This document shows, piece after piece, positions 9,406 to 18,718 of a DNA stretch of 34,236 nt; position 1 is the first letter of the stretch, and every line of letters begins with the position of its first letter. The DNA comes from an uncultured Sediminibacterium sp. (GTDB lineage Bacteria > Bacteroidota > Bacteroidia > Chitinophagales > Chitinophagaceae). The notes beneath the pieces were generated by a model that was not told the origin of the DNA, made no database searches, and saw only the letters and a list, made by a program, of their open reading frames with translations. The translations under genes were made by a program, and so were the position numbers. The stretch lies in NCBI GenBank assembly GCA_964644475.1, contig CAZXWT010000004.1, positions 1 to 34,236 of the forward strand, in the 5' to 3' direction.

Positions 9406-9996
9406 ATGAGTATAGTAATCATACAATATAATGCTGGGAATATTCAATCTGTGCTTTATGCATTAGAAAGAATAGGTGCAGAAGCCATAGTGACGGATAA
9501 TCAAGAAACCATTATGGCTGCAGATAAAGTTATCTTTCCAGGAGTGGGAGAAGCTAGTACTGCTATGAATTATTTAAAAGAGCGAAACCTTGATCAAGTC
9601 ATTCAATCTTTGAAACAACCCCTTTTGGGAATTTGTTTAGGTATGCAATTGATGTGCAGTTTTTCTGAAGAAAACAATACGAACTGCTTAGGAATATTTA
9701 ATGAGCAAGTAAAGCAGTTTATTCCAACAGAACAAAGTTTAAAAGTACCTCAAATGGGTTGGAACACAATCCATCATTTGAAGTCTGATTTATTTAAAGG
9801 AGTAACTGAAGAAAGCTATGCATATTTCGTGCATGGTTATTATGCTTCTGTTGGGGAGCATACTATTGCACAAACCAATTATATATTAGATTATAGTTCT
9901 GCATTACATAAAGATAATTTTTATGGGGTGCAATTTCATCCAGAAAAATCTGCTTCAGTAGGTGAGCAAATTATTCAAAACTTTTTAAACATTTAA
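9406..9996 (+). CDS. hisH: Imidazole glycerol phosphate synthase, glutaminase subunit
   Basis: YNAGNIQSV, FPGVG, GICLGMQL, VPQMGWN, YFVHGY, QFHPEKS; starts 3 nt after the trpA stop. Confidence 0.96.
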   Translation: MSIVIIQYNAGNIQSVLYALERIGAEAIVTDNQETIMAADKVIFPGVGEASTAMNYLKERNLDQVIQSLKQPLLGICLGMQLMCSFSEENNTNCLGIFNEQVKQFIPTEQSLKVPQMGWNTIHHLKSDLFKGVTEESYAYFVHGYYASVGEHTIAQTNYILDYSSALHKDNFYGVQFHPEKSASVGEQIIQNFLNI

Positions 9997-10712
9997 TGAT
10001 GCAAATTATTCCTGCTATAGATCTAATTGATGGCAAATGTGTTCGTCTAACCGAAGGAGATTATGCGCAAAAGAAAATTTACAATGAAGATCCATTAGAA
10101 GTAGCCAAAGCATTTGAAGGGATAGGCTTAATGAGATTACATTTGGTAGATTTAGATGGAGCCAAAGCGGGCGAAGTGGTGAATTGGAAAGTATTGGAAA
10201 AAATTGCCAATCATACTTCGTTGAAAATTGATTTTGGTGGGGGTATCAAACAAGAAACTACTTTGAAGTCTGTTTTAGATGCTGGCGCAAGCTATGCCAC
10301 CATTGGTAGTCTAGCAGTAAAGAATAGAGCCCTTTTTGAGGAATGGATAGAAAGGTTTGGGGCCGAGGTTTTTATGCTTGGCGCTGATGTATATGAAGAA
10401 AAAATTGCGATTGGAGGTTGGATAGAAAAAACCAATATAGATGTGTATGAATTTATACAATCTTATATAAATAAAGGGATTGGTCAACTATTTTGTACCG
10501 ATATTCAGAAAGACGGTAAGCTAGAAGGTCCGTCTACAGAATTGTACAAAAAAATTATCCAACAATTCCCTTCGTTAAATCTTATTGCTAGTGGTGGTGT
10601 GAGTAATTTACAAGACTTAAAAGATTTAAGAACTATTGGATGTACTGCTGCAATTGTGGGTAAGGCGATTTATGAAAATAGAATTACTTTAAAAGAATTG
10701 GCAACATTTTAA
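9996..10712 (+). CDS. hisA: ProFAR isomerase
   Basis: [46 protein letters not shown]; TAATG overlap with hisH (start could be 9999). Confidence 0.96.
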   Translation: MMQIIPAIDLIDGKCVRLTEGDYAQKKIYNEDPLEVAKAFEGIGLMRLHLVDLDGAKAGEVVNWKVLEKIANHTSLKIDFGGGIKQETTLKSVLDAGASYATIGSLAVKNRALFEEWIERFGAEVFMLGADVYEEKIAIGGWIEKTNIDVYEFIQSYINKGIGQLFCTDIQKDGKLEGPSTELYKKIIQQFPSLNLIASGGVSNLQDLKDLRTIGCTAAIVGKAIYENRITLKELATF

Positions 10713-10716
10713 TACT

Positions 10717-11475
10717 ATGTTAACTAAGAGAATTATACCTTGTTTAGATATCAAAGATGGTAGAACTGTTAAAGGGATCAACTTTGAACAAATTAGAGAT
10801 GCAGGTGATCCAATAGAGTTGGGCGCTTTTTATGCTAGTCAAGGTGCTGATGAATTAGTGTTTTTAGATATAACAGCAACAGTAGAGAAAAGAAAGACCC
10901 TGAGTGAATTGGTGAACAAAATTGCGCATAAAATCAATATTCCTTTCACGGTGGGCGGAGGCATTAAAACAGAAGAAGATGTATATACCTTGTTGCAAAA
11001 TGGGGCAGATAAAATCTCTATCAATACCGCTGCCTTTAATAATTCTTCCATTATTCAATCTTTCGCAAAAAATTTTGGTAGTCAATGCGTGGTATTGGCC
11101 ATAGATGCTAAATGCGAAGAAGACAATCAATGGTATGTGTATTTAAATGGAGGTAGGGTAAAGACAGATACTTTAGTCATTGATTGGGCAAAAAAAGCAG
11201 TGGATTTAGGTGCAGGAGAAATTTTATTAACTAGCATGAACCATGATGGAACCAAACAAGGTTTTGCATTGGATATTACTGCACAATTGGCTGAAACATT
11301 ACCTGTGCCGATTATTGCATCTGGTGGCGGTGGGAATGAAGTACATTTCTATGATGTATTTGCAAAGGGTAAAGCGGATGCTGCATTGGCTGCAAGTATT
11401 TTTCATTATAGAGAAGTCGCTATTCCTGATTTAAAACAATATTTACACAATAAACAAATTCCGATAAGACTTTAA
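10717..11475 (+). CDS. hisF: Imidazole glycerol phosphate synthase, cyclase subunit
   Basis: [52 protein letters not shown]. Confidence 0.97.
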   Translation: MLTKRIIPCLDIKDGRTVKGINFEQIRDAGDPIELGAFYASQGADELVFLDITATVEKRKTLSELVNKIAHKINIPFTVGGGIKTEEDVYTLLQNGADKISINTAAFNNSSIIQSFAKNFGSQCVVLAIDAKCEEDNQWYVYLNGGRVKTDTLVIDWAKKAVDLGAGEILLTSMNHDGTKQGFALDITAQLAETLPVPIIASGGGGNEVHFYDVFAKGKADAALAASIFHYREVAIPDLKQYLHNKQIPIRL

Positions 11476-11501
11476 TTTCAACGTACATTAAATTATTTTA
11501 T

Positions 11502-12104
11502 ATGAATATTCAATTTTCAAAATATGCAGATGGCTTGGTTCCTGCAATTATTCAAGACCAACAAACTGGTAAAGTGTTGATGTTGGGCTTTATGAATCAA
11601 GAAGCCATTGACGCTACATTGTCTCAAAAGAAAGTCACTTTTTTTAGTCGAACAAAAAATAGGTTATGGACCAAGGGTGAAGAGAGTGGCAATTTCTTGG
11701 AATATATTAGTATGGCATTAGACTGTGACCAAGATACTATTTTGATTCAAGCAAAACCTTTAGGCCCTGTTTGTCATAATGGAACAGATACTTGTTGGGG
11801 CGAGACAAATACAGCTTCAGGAATTCATTTTTTAAATACCTTAGAAGAAGTTATCGCTCAAAGAAAAAATACTTCTGCAGATAGTTCTTATGTGGCATCT
11901 TTATTTCAAAAAGGGATCAATAAAATTGCACAGAAAGTAGGGGAAGAAGCTGTGGAGACGGTAATTGAAGCGAAGGACAATAATGACGATTTGTTTATTG
12001 GAGAAGCTGCAGACCTATTATTCCACTATCTTATCTTATTGCAAGCCAAGGGTTTCAACTTGACAGATATTACCAATGAACTGAAAAAAAGGCATAAAGC
12101 ATAA
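11502..12104 (+). CDS. hisIE: Bifunctional phosphoribosyl-AMP cyclohydrolase / phosphoribosyl-ATP pyrophosphatase
   Basis: GLVPAIIQD, LWTKGEESG, DCDQD, GPVCH..TCW; KVGEEAVE, EAADLLFH. Confidence 0.96.
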   Translation: MNIQFSKYADGLVPAIIQDQQTGKVLMLGFMNQEAIDATLSQKKVTFFSRTKNRLWTKGEESGNFLEYISMALDCDQDTILIQAKPLGPVCHNGTDTCWGETNTASGIHFLNTLEEVIAQRKNTSADSSYVASLFQKGINKIAQKVGEEAVETVIEAKDNNDDLFIGEAADLLFHYLILLQAKGFNLTDITNELKKRHKA

Positions 12105-12109
12105 TTGCT

Positions 12110-12117
12110 TATATTTG
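12110..12117 (+). promoter_or_regulatory. Candidate -7 promoter element for the TlpA gene
   Basis: TATATTTG matches TAnnTTTG, 18 nt before ATG 12136. Confidence 0.5.
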
Positions 12118-12135
12118 ACTATTCAAAAAAATACA

Positions 12136-13215
12136 ATGAAAAAAATACTTTTAGGTTTTTTCGCAATGGCGAGTTTTCAAACCATGATGGCTCAGGGTCT
12201 ACAAATTAGTGCTAACCTTAAGAATGTTCCAGACAACACTACTGCCAGTTTAATAGATGGTATGGCAAATAAAGTAGTGGACTCTGCAAAAGTAGTTGGC
12301 GGAGCTTTTCATTTAAAAGCTGAAGTAGCCAATCCGGGCATCTTTGTGATTGCTTTTGGTGGTTTACCTGCTAAAATACCCATGTTTGTTGGAAATGATC
12401 AATTAACTATTACAGGAGATTTAAAAGATGCAAACAATATTGTTTATCAGGGTTCTGCTACACAAAGTTTGTACCTACAATATATGAAAGTGTTAACTCC
12501 TCAAATTGAAGGATTGTTTGGCGCAAAAAATATTGGCGCAACTGCAACAGGCAACACTAAGGACTCTGCATTAAAACAAGTGAGTATTAGAGAAGCTGGC
12601 ATAGCGAATTCTTTGACTGAATTAATTAAAGCGAATAATCAATCACCTGTATCTACTTTGTTTTTATTACAAGTAACTAATTTTGTTCCTGCTGTAAAAG
12701 AAAACTTAGGTACTTATTTTGATTTATTAAGTGGTACTGCTAAAACAGGTCCATTTGCTGAGTATATCACTAAAACTATTTCTACTGCTGGTGTCGGCAA
12801 TATTGGCACAGTACTTCCTGAATTCAAACAAAATGATGTGAATGGAAAGTCTGTAAGCCTGTCTTCATTTAGAGGTAAATATGTATTAGTAGATTTCTGG
12901 GCTAGCTGGTGTGGTCCTTGTAGAGCAGAGAATCCTAATGTAGTGAAGACGTACAATGCTTTTAAGAATAAGAATTTCACCGTATTAGGTGTTTCTTTGG
13001 ATCAAGATAAAGCTAAGTGGTTAGAAGCCATTAAGAAGGATGGTTTAACATGGACACATGTAAGTGATTTAAAATACTGGAACAATGCAGTTGCTGTTCA
13101 ATTTGGTATTCAAAGTATTCCTGCCAATTTCTTATTAGATCCAAATGGTGTGGTGATTGGAAAGGATTTAAGAGGAGAAGACTTGAGTAGAATCTTGACA
13201 GAGAAGATGAAATAA
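12136..13215 (+). CDS. Exported TlpA/AhpC-TSA family thiol-disulfide oxidoreductase (DUF4369-like N-terminus)
   Basis: Signal peptide MKKILLG...MMA-Q; C-terminal thioredoxin fold VLVDFWASWCGPCRAENP, IQSIP; start reassigned to ATG 12136. Confidence 0.9.
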   Translation: MKKILLGFFAMASFQTMMAQGLQISANLKNVPDNTTASLIDGMANKVVDSAKVVGGAFHLKAEVANPGIFVIAFGGLPAKIPMFVGNDQLTITGDLKDANNIVYQGSATQSLYLQYMKVLTPQIEGLFGAKNIGATATGNTKDSALKQVSIREAGIANSLTELIKANNQSPVSTLFLLQVTNFVPAVKENLGTYFDLLSGTAKTGPFAEYITKTISTAGVGNIGTVLPEFKQNDVNGKSVSLSSFRGKYVLVDFWASWCGPCRAENPNVVKTYNAFKNKNFTVLGVSLDQDKAKWLEAIKKDGLTWTHVSDLKYWNNAVAVQFGIQSIPANFLLDPNGVVIGKDLRGEDLSRILTEKMK

Positions 13216-13260
13216 TTGAAATGAAATAGTTGTAAAATACTTTAAATAATATTTCAAAAT

Positions 13261-13291
13261 AAAAAAGCCCTGATTATTTCAGGGCTTTTTT
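13261..13291. terminator. Bidirectional intrinsic terminator between the convergent TlpA and ArsC genes
   Basis: Perfect inverted repeat AAAAAAGCCCTGA-ttatt-TCAGGGCTTTTTT giving a U tract on both strands. Confidence 0.8.
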
Positions 13292-13624
13292 ATATTCGGT
13301 TTCGTCAAATCCAAGTGCAATTATCTTGCCTCCTTCTTCGATCAATGGTCTTTTAATAATTGATGTTTTTTCCATCATTAAAGCTATGGCTGCTTTTTGT
13401 GTGCTGATGCTTGCTTGAACTTCGGGAGATAATTGTCTCCAAGTGGCTCCTTTTTTATTGACTAATGTTTCCCAGCCTACTTGTTTACACCAATTAGTTA
13501 GAATGGTTGTAGTGATTCCTTTTTTCTTGTAGTCGTGAAATTCGTAAGCTATTTTATTTTTCTGTAACCAATCTAAAGCTTTCTTTACTGTATTACAATT
13601 GGGTATTGCGTATACTGTTTTCAT
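13274..13624 (-). CDS. ArsC/Spx-MgsR family protein (YffB-like)
   Basis: YAIPNCNTVKKA, FHDYKK, LVNKKGATWR, IIKRP, LGF. Confidence 0.85.
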   Translation of the reverse strand: MKTVYAIPNCNTVKKALDWLQKNKIAYEFHDYKKKGITTTILTNWCKQVGWETLVNKKGATWRQLSPEVQASISTQKAAIALMMEKTSIIKRPLIEEGGKIIALGFDETEYKKALK

Positions 13625-13631
13625 CTTTTTT

Positions 13632-14135
13632 TTATTTTAAATATTTCTTACCCAACCAACTCTCGCTAATGGGTTGCATCCAGCTAGATTCCATGGCTGC
13701 CTTGTTACTTACTAAATTATTAAAGTATAAAGTACTGGGAGAGAGTAATCCATTTTCTAAAGCATACCCTACTTGTGCTAATGGTATTGTTTGCACTTTG
13801 TCTTTTACCCAAAATGCCAATAGTTCTCTATTGAACATTTGCACTCCAGTCATTTTTTCGATTTCCTTAATTACTCTAACGGAACTATCCGTACTACATC
13901 CGCCCACTGTGGTGACACTTTCATCAGCCATCATGATGATAAATTGACCATATAATGCTGTGGCAAATCCTTTCACATTAGATCCATGGCTTTTCCAATT
14001 GTCCACAAAAGATTCCAATAAGGGTTCAATCTCAAAAAGCTCTCCCATGGTGAAAGTCCTGTTTGATTGATAAATCCATAATTTGGATTGAGGGTGAAAA
14101 TCTTCTGGTAATATAGTAGCTAAGTCAACAATCAT
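13632..14135 (-). CDS. Conserved Bacteroidota hypothetical protein with a GCS.DSS motif
   Basis: SKLWIYQSNR, WKSHG, GGCSTDSSV, YFNNLV; sits in the operon with 6-7 nt gaps; no Walker A/B motif visible. Confidence 0.7.
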   Translation of the reverse strand: MIVDLATILPEDFHPQSKLWIYQSNRTFTMGELFEIEPLLESFVDNWKSHGSNVKGFATALYGQFIIMMADESVTTVGGCSTDSSVRVIKEIEKMTGVQMFNRELLAFWVKDKVQTIPLAQVGYALENGLLSPSTLYFNNLVSNKAAMESSWMQPISESWLGKKYLK

Positions 14136-14141
14136 TTTTAC

Positions 14142-14921
14142 TTATTTTATAGCTTGTGCGACAATTTCGGCAATATCTAATACATCCATTTTTACTTCCT
14201 CGTTTCGGTTTTTGATACCATCTGTCATCATGGTATTACAAAAAGGGCAAGCACTAGCCACCATCGAAGCTTTTGTTTCAATGGCTTCGTCTGCTCTTTC
14301 GGTATTGATTCTTTTATCTCCTTTTTCTTCTTCTTTAAACATCTGTGCTCCGCCTGCACCGCAACAAAGCCCTTTGGATTTACAACGCTTCATTTCAAGA
14401 AGTTCCATGTCTAAACTTTCTAATACTTTTCTAGGTGCTTCGTAAATATCATTAGCTCTACCTAAATAACAACTATCATGGTAGGCAATTGATTTTCCTT
14501 TCCATTCATTGCTATCTGTAAATTGAATTTTACCTTGCTCAATTAATTCTTGTAAGAAAGTGGTATGATGAATTACATCGTAATTACCTCCTAATGCAGG
14601 GTATTCATTTTTTAAGGTATTAAAACAATGAGGGCAGGTAGTGACAATTTTCTTTATTTCATATCCATTTAATACTTGAATATTTTGATAAGCCATCATC
14701 TGAAACATAAATTCATTTCCAGCTCTTCTTGCCGGATCTCCAGTACATGCTTCTTCTTTTCCTAAAATGGCATATTCAACACCCGCCTTATCTAGAATAG
14801 TGGCAAAAGCCTTGGTTATTTTTTGAGCTCTTTGATCGAAGCTGCCTGCACATCCTACCCAAAATAGTACTTCAGGTTTTTTTCCTGCAGCTAAAAATTC
14901 TGCCATTGTTGCTACTTTCAT
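14142..14921 (-). CDS. CCG-domain (HdrB/GlpC-like) Fe-S binding protein
   Basis: Two cysteine-rich domains: WVGC...ACTGDP...TTCPHC and YHDSCYLGR...LCCGAGG...SACPFC. Confidence 0.9.
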   Translation of the reverse strand: MKVATMAEFLAAGKKPEVLFWVGCAGSFDQRAQKITKAFATILDKAGVEYAILGKEEACTGDPARRAGNEFMFQMMAYQNIQVLNGYEIKKIVTTCPHCFNTLKNEYPALGGNYDVIHHTTFLQELIEQGKIQFTDSNEWKGKSIAYHDSCYLGRANDIYEAPRKVLESLDMELLEMKRCKSKGLCCGAGGAQMFKEEEKGDKRINTERADEAIETKASMVASACPFCNTMMTDGIKNRNEEVKMDVLDIAEIVAQAIK

Positions 14922-14930
14922 ACAATCTAT

Positions 14931-16205
14931 TTAAGCTTGATTGGTCCATGCATCTCTATCGTCTGGTGAGAACTTCCATGGAGCAAAATTATTTTCAATA
15001 TTACTAAACATGCCATTCCATTCTGCTGGGGCATTACTTTCTTCCATCACTAAAGATCTTCTTAATTCTACAATTATATCCAATGGAGAAATACTTACAG
15101 GACATTCTTCCACACATGCATTACATGTGGTACATGCTCTTAATTCTTCCACACTAATATAATCGTGCAATAAAGATTTTCCATCTTCTTTCCATTCCCC
15201 GTTTTGTTGAATTTGTTTACCAACAGCTTCTAATCTATCGCGGGTCTTCATCATGATCGCTCGAGGGCTTAACAATTTACCAGTCATATTTGCGGGACAA
15301 GCAGCAGAACATCTTCCACATTCAGTACAACTATATGCGTCCATCAAATTTTTCCAACTTAGATCCATCACATCTTTTGCACCAAATTTGTCTGGTGCTG
15401 CAGCGTCTGTTGGAGCCAATTCTGGTTGCATAGCATACAATACTTCTTTTTGCACAGATTCCATATTGTGCATTTTACCTTTTGGTTCTAATGCTGCATA
15501 ATAAGCATTAGGGAAAGCCAAAATAATATGCAAGTGTTTGGAGTAAGGTAGGTAATTCATGAATGCATAAATGCCCATTATATGTAACCACCATGCAGTG
15601 TGTTCGATAGTCGATAATTGCGATTCACTTAAACCATATAATAGTGGTTTAATATGAGAAGATAAAATATAGTGTGCTTCTGGATCTGCAGCATTCATGG
15701 TTAGAAATAAACTCATTAATACCACTTCAATGATTAAAATAATATTCGCATCAGATCTTGGCCATCCATTTAAATCTTTACTGATCAATCTTTTGATGGT
15801 CAATACATTTCTTCTTATTAAGAATATGATTACAGCAAATAATACTAATCCTGCAAGAATTTCAAAACTATTAATCAATAGCGTATAACATTCTCCCAAA
15901 TAAGGTGCAAATGTTCTATGAGAGCCTGTTAAGCCATCCACTATTATTTCTAATAGTTCAATATTGATGATAATAAATCCTACGTACACAAATAAGTGTA
16001 AAATAGCCACTAATGGATTACTGAACATTTTTTTCTGACCAAAAGCCAATAGTGCAACATTTTTCCATCTTGCTGCTTTGTTGCCAGAAAGATCGGCAGG
16101 TTTACCTAATAAAATATTTTTTCTAATAGCCCATAAATTCTTTCCAAATAAAAAGAAAGCTCCCAATGTTAAAAGACCAAATATGATCTCAGCAATCCAT
16201 GCCAT
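14931..16205 (-). CDS. Membrane-bound Fe-S oxidoreductase (TM domain plus 2x[4Fe-4S]), similar to the FadF/EtfD N-terminal half
   Basis: About five hydrophobic segments with His residues (LHLF, WWLH, SKHLHI); CTECGRCSAACP and CTTCNACVEECP; start reassigned to ATG 16205. Confidence 0.85.
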   Translation of the reverse strand: MAWIAEIIFGLLTLGAFFLFGKNLWAIRKNILLGKPADLSGNKAARWKNVALLAFGQKKMFSNPLVAILHLFVYVGFIIINIELLEIIVDGLTGSHRTFAPYLGECYTLLINSFEILAGLVLFAVIIFLIRRNVLTIKRLISKDLNGWPRSDANIILIIEVVLMSLFLTMNAADPEAHYILSSHIKPLLYGLSESQLSTIEHTAWWLHIMGIYAFMNYLPYSKHLHIILAFPNAYYAALEPKGKMHNMESVQKEVLYAMQPELAPTDAAAPDKFGAKDVMDLSWKNLMDAYSCTECGRCSAACPANMTGKLLSPRAIMMKTRDRLEAVGKQIQQNGEWKEDGKSLLHDYISVEELRACTTCNACVEECPVSISPLDIIVELRRSLVMEESNAPAEWNGMFSNIENNFAPWKFSPDDRDAWTNQA

Positions 16206-16237
16206 AAGCTGTTTTTTATAGTATTGTACAACAATTA

Positions 16238-16245
16238 CAAATTTA
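16238..16245 (-). promoter_or_regulatory. Candidate -7 promoter element for the Fe-S oxidoreductase operon
   Basis: TAAATTTG on the minus strand, 32 nt upstream of ATG 16205. Confidence 0.55.
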
Positions 16246-16322
16246 ACCCATTTTACACACAAGTTTAGTAGGAATTATTTAATTTGCCGTCATAACAAGT
16301 AATTGTCTATAAATCATAGAAT

Positions 16323-18050
16323 ATGAGTCCAGAAACTACACAAAAAATTGCCACTTGGTTAAACGGTAATTATGACGAGGCAACAAAAAATACTATTAAA
16401 ACATTGCAGGCTTCTAATCCTTCAGAATTAGAAGAGTCTTTTTATAAAAATTTGGAATTTGGTACCGGTGGTTTAAGAGGGATCATGGGCGTGGGTACCA
16501 ATCGAATCAATAAGTATACTATCGGGATGGCCACTCAAGGGTTTGCTAATTATTTAACAAAGACCTATCCTGGCGAAACAGTAAGTGTGGCAATAGGACA
16601 TGATAGCAGAAATAATTCAAGATTCTTCGCTGAAACCACTGCTCAAGTTTTTGCAGCTAACGGAATCAAAGCACATATTTTTGAAACATTAAGACCTACT
16701 CCTGAGTTAAGTTTTGCGATTAGACATTTAGGATGTAAAGCAGGGGTGGTTTGTACTGCATCTCATAACCCAAAAGAATACAATGGATATAAAGCCTATT
16801 GGAATGATGGAGGTCAATTAGTGCCACCACATGACAAGAATGTGATCAAAGAAGTAGAAGCCATTCAATCTGTAGATGAAGTAAAATGGACGGGGGGTGA
16901 AGCGAATATTCATATGATGGGTACTTCAATGGATGATGCCTATATTAAGATGGTAAAATCTTTAAGTGTGTATCCAGAAGTGATAGCTGATCAGAAAGAT
17001 TTAAAAATTGTTTATACACCTATACATGGAACTGGTATTACATTGGTGCCAAGAGTGTTGGGCGAATTTGGATTTACGAATGTGACAGTGGTGGAAGAGC
17101 AATCTACACCAGATGGCAATTTCCCTACAGTGGGTTATCCTAATCCAGAAGAAAGTGAAACCATGGCCATTGGTTTGGCTAAAGCCAAGGCTTTGGATGC
17201 GGATATCTTATTAGGAACAGATCCTGATGCTGATAGAGTAGGTATTGGTGTGAAGAATCACAAAGGAGAGTGGGTATTAATGAATGGTAATCAAACTGCT
17301 GTTTTAGCTTTTGCATATATGATGGAAGCTAGAAAAGCAAAGGGTATTGCAAAGCCAAATGATATGGTGATTACTACTATTGTAACTTCAGAAATGATCA
17401 ATCAAGTAGCCAAACAAAACCAAGTCAATTGCTATAATGTATTAACTGGTTTCAAATGGATTGCTGAATTGATTAAAGAAAAAGAAGGCAAGGAAAATTA
17501 TATCATTGGTGGTGAAGAGAGCTTTGGATTAATGATTGGAGACCAAATCAGAGATAAGGATGCGGTGAGTGCTGTAGCTTTATTGTGTGAAATGGCCGCA
17601 TATGAAAAAAGCAAAGGAAGAACTTTGTTCGATAAGATGATTGACTTGTATGTACAATATGGTTTTTATTATGAAAACCTTATCAGTATCACTAAGAAAG
17701 GCATGAATGGACAACAAGAAATTGCTGCAATGATGGAAGGTTATAGAAAGAATCCACCAGCTGAGATCAACGGGTCTAAAGTGGCCCATTTATTAGATTA
17801 TGAATTACAAAAAGGCACTAATTTAATTACAGGGGAGACTTGGACCATTCAATTGCCTAAGAGCAATGTATTGCAATTTATTACAGAGGATGGAAGTAAG
17901 ATTTCTGCAAGACCAAGTGGTACAGAGCCAAAGATTAAATTTTACTTTAGTGTAAATACTAGCCTAGAAAGTAAAGCTGCTTTTGATGCAACATTCAGTC
18001 AATTGGAAGCAAAAATCCAAGGTATCATTAAAAGCATGCAATTAAATTAA
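16323..18050 (+). CDS. pgm: Phosphoglucomutase/phosphomannomutase
   Basis: LEFGTGGLRG, TASHNP, DPDADR, GGEESFG, RPSGTEPKIK. Confidence 0.9.
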   Translation: MSPETTQKIATWLNGNYDEATKNTIKTLQASNPSELEESFYKNLEFGTGGLRGIMGVGTNRINKYTIGMATQGFANYLTKTYPGETVSVAIGHDSRNNSRFFAETTAQVFAANGIKAHIFETLRPTPELSFAIRHLGCKAGVVCTASHNPKEYNGYKAYWNDGGQLVPPHDKNVIKEVEAIQSVDEVKWTGGEANIHMMGTSMDDAYIKMVKSLSVYPEVIADQKDLKIVYTPIHGTGITLVPRVLGEFGFTNVTVVEEQSTPDGNFPTVGYPNPEESETMAIGLAKAKALDADILLGTDPDADRVGIGVKNHKGEWVLMNGNQTAVLAFAYMMEARKAKGIAKPNDMVITTIVTSEMINQVAKQNQVNCYNVLTGFKWIAELIKEKEGKENYIIGGEESFGLMIGDQIRDKDAVSAVALLCEMAAYEKSKGRTLFDKMIDLYVQYGFYYENLISITKKGMNGQQEIAAMMEGYRKNPPAEINGSKVAHLLDYELQKGTNLITGETWTIQLPKSNVLQFITEDGSKISARPSGTEPKIKFYFSVNTSLESKAAFDATFSQLEAKIQGIIKSMQLN

Positions 18051-18054
18051 TCGC

Positions 18055-18717
18055 ATGCGTGAATTAAAGGATGAATATATCCATAAGGGATTAAGAAAGC
18101 AATTAGTAGATCTTTTGAGAACCAAAGGAATTACAGATGAAGCAGTATTAAATGCGATAGGTTCAATACCTAGACACTTTTTTTTAGATTCTGCTTTTGA
18201 TAGAATTGCATATGAAGACAGGGCATTTCCTATTGCTGCAGATCAAACTATTTCTCAACCATATACAGTAGCCTATCAAACCCAATTACTCCAATTAAAA
18301 AAGGGGGAGAAGGTTCTGGAAATTGGAACAGGTAGTATGTATCAAACATCTGTTTTGGCTGCTATGGGAGCTAAAGTATATACCATCGAGAGACAGAAAC
18401 AATTATACGATTTAACTAAGAGATTCCCTTTTAAAGCGGAGTATCCCAATATACATTTTCATTTTGGAGATGGCTTTGAAGGAATTCCTGAAGAAGCTCC
18501 TTTCCATAAAATATTAATTACCGCTGCTGCTCCAAAAATTCCTGAAAAATTGTGGGAGCAATTAAAAGTTGGCGGGAAAATGGTGATTCCGGTAGACGAG
18601 TCTGACTCTACTCAAAGAATGCTAAGGTTAACAAAGAAAAAGGATGGAAAAGAAAAAAGAGAATCCTTTGATGAATTCTCTTTTGTTCCAATGTTGGAAG
18701 GAAAATCTCAGAAATAA
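18055..18717 (+). CDS. pcm: Protein-L-isoaspartate O-methyltransferase
   Basis: IPRHFF, AYED, QTISQPY, VLEIGTGS.YQ, GDGFEG, ITAAA, FVPM. Confidence 0.95.
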   Translation: MRELKDEYIHKGLRKQLVDLLRTKGITDEAVLNAIGSIPRHFFLDSAFDRIAYEDRAFPIAADQTISQPYTVAYQTQLLQLKKGEKVLEIGTGSMYQTSVLAAMGAKVYTIERQKQLYDLTKRFPFKAEYPNIHFHFGDGFEGIPEEAPFHKILITAAAPKIPEKLWEQLKVGGKMVIPVDESDSTQRMLRLTKKKDGKEKRESFDEFSFVPMLEGKSQK

Positions 18718-18718
18718 A

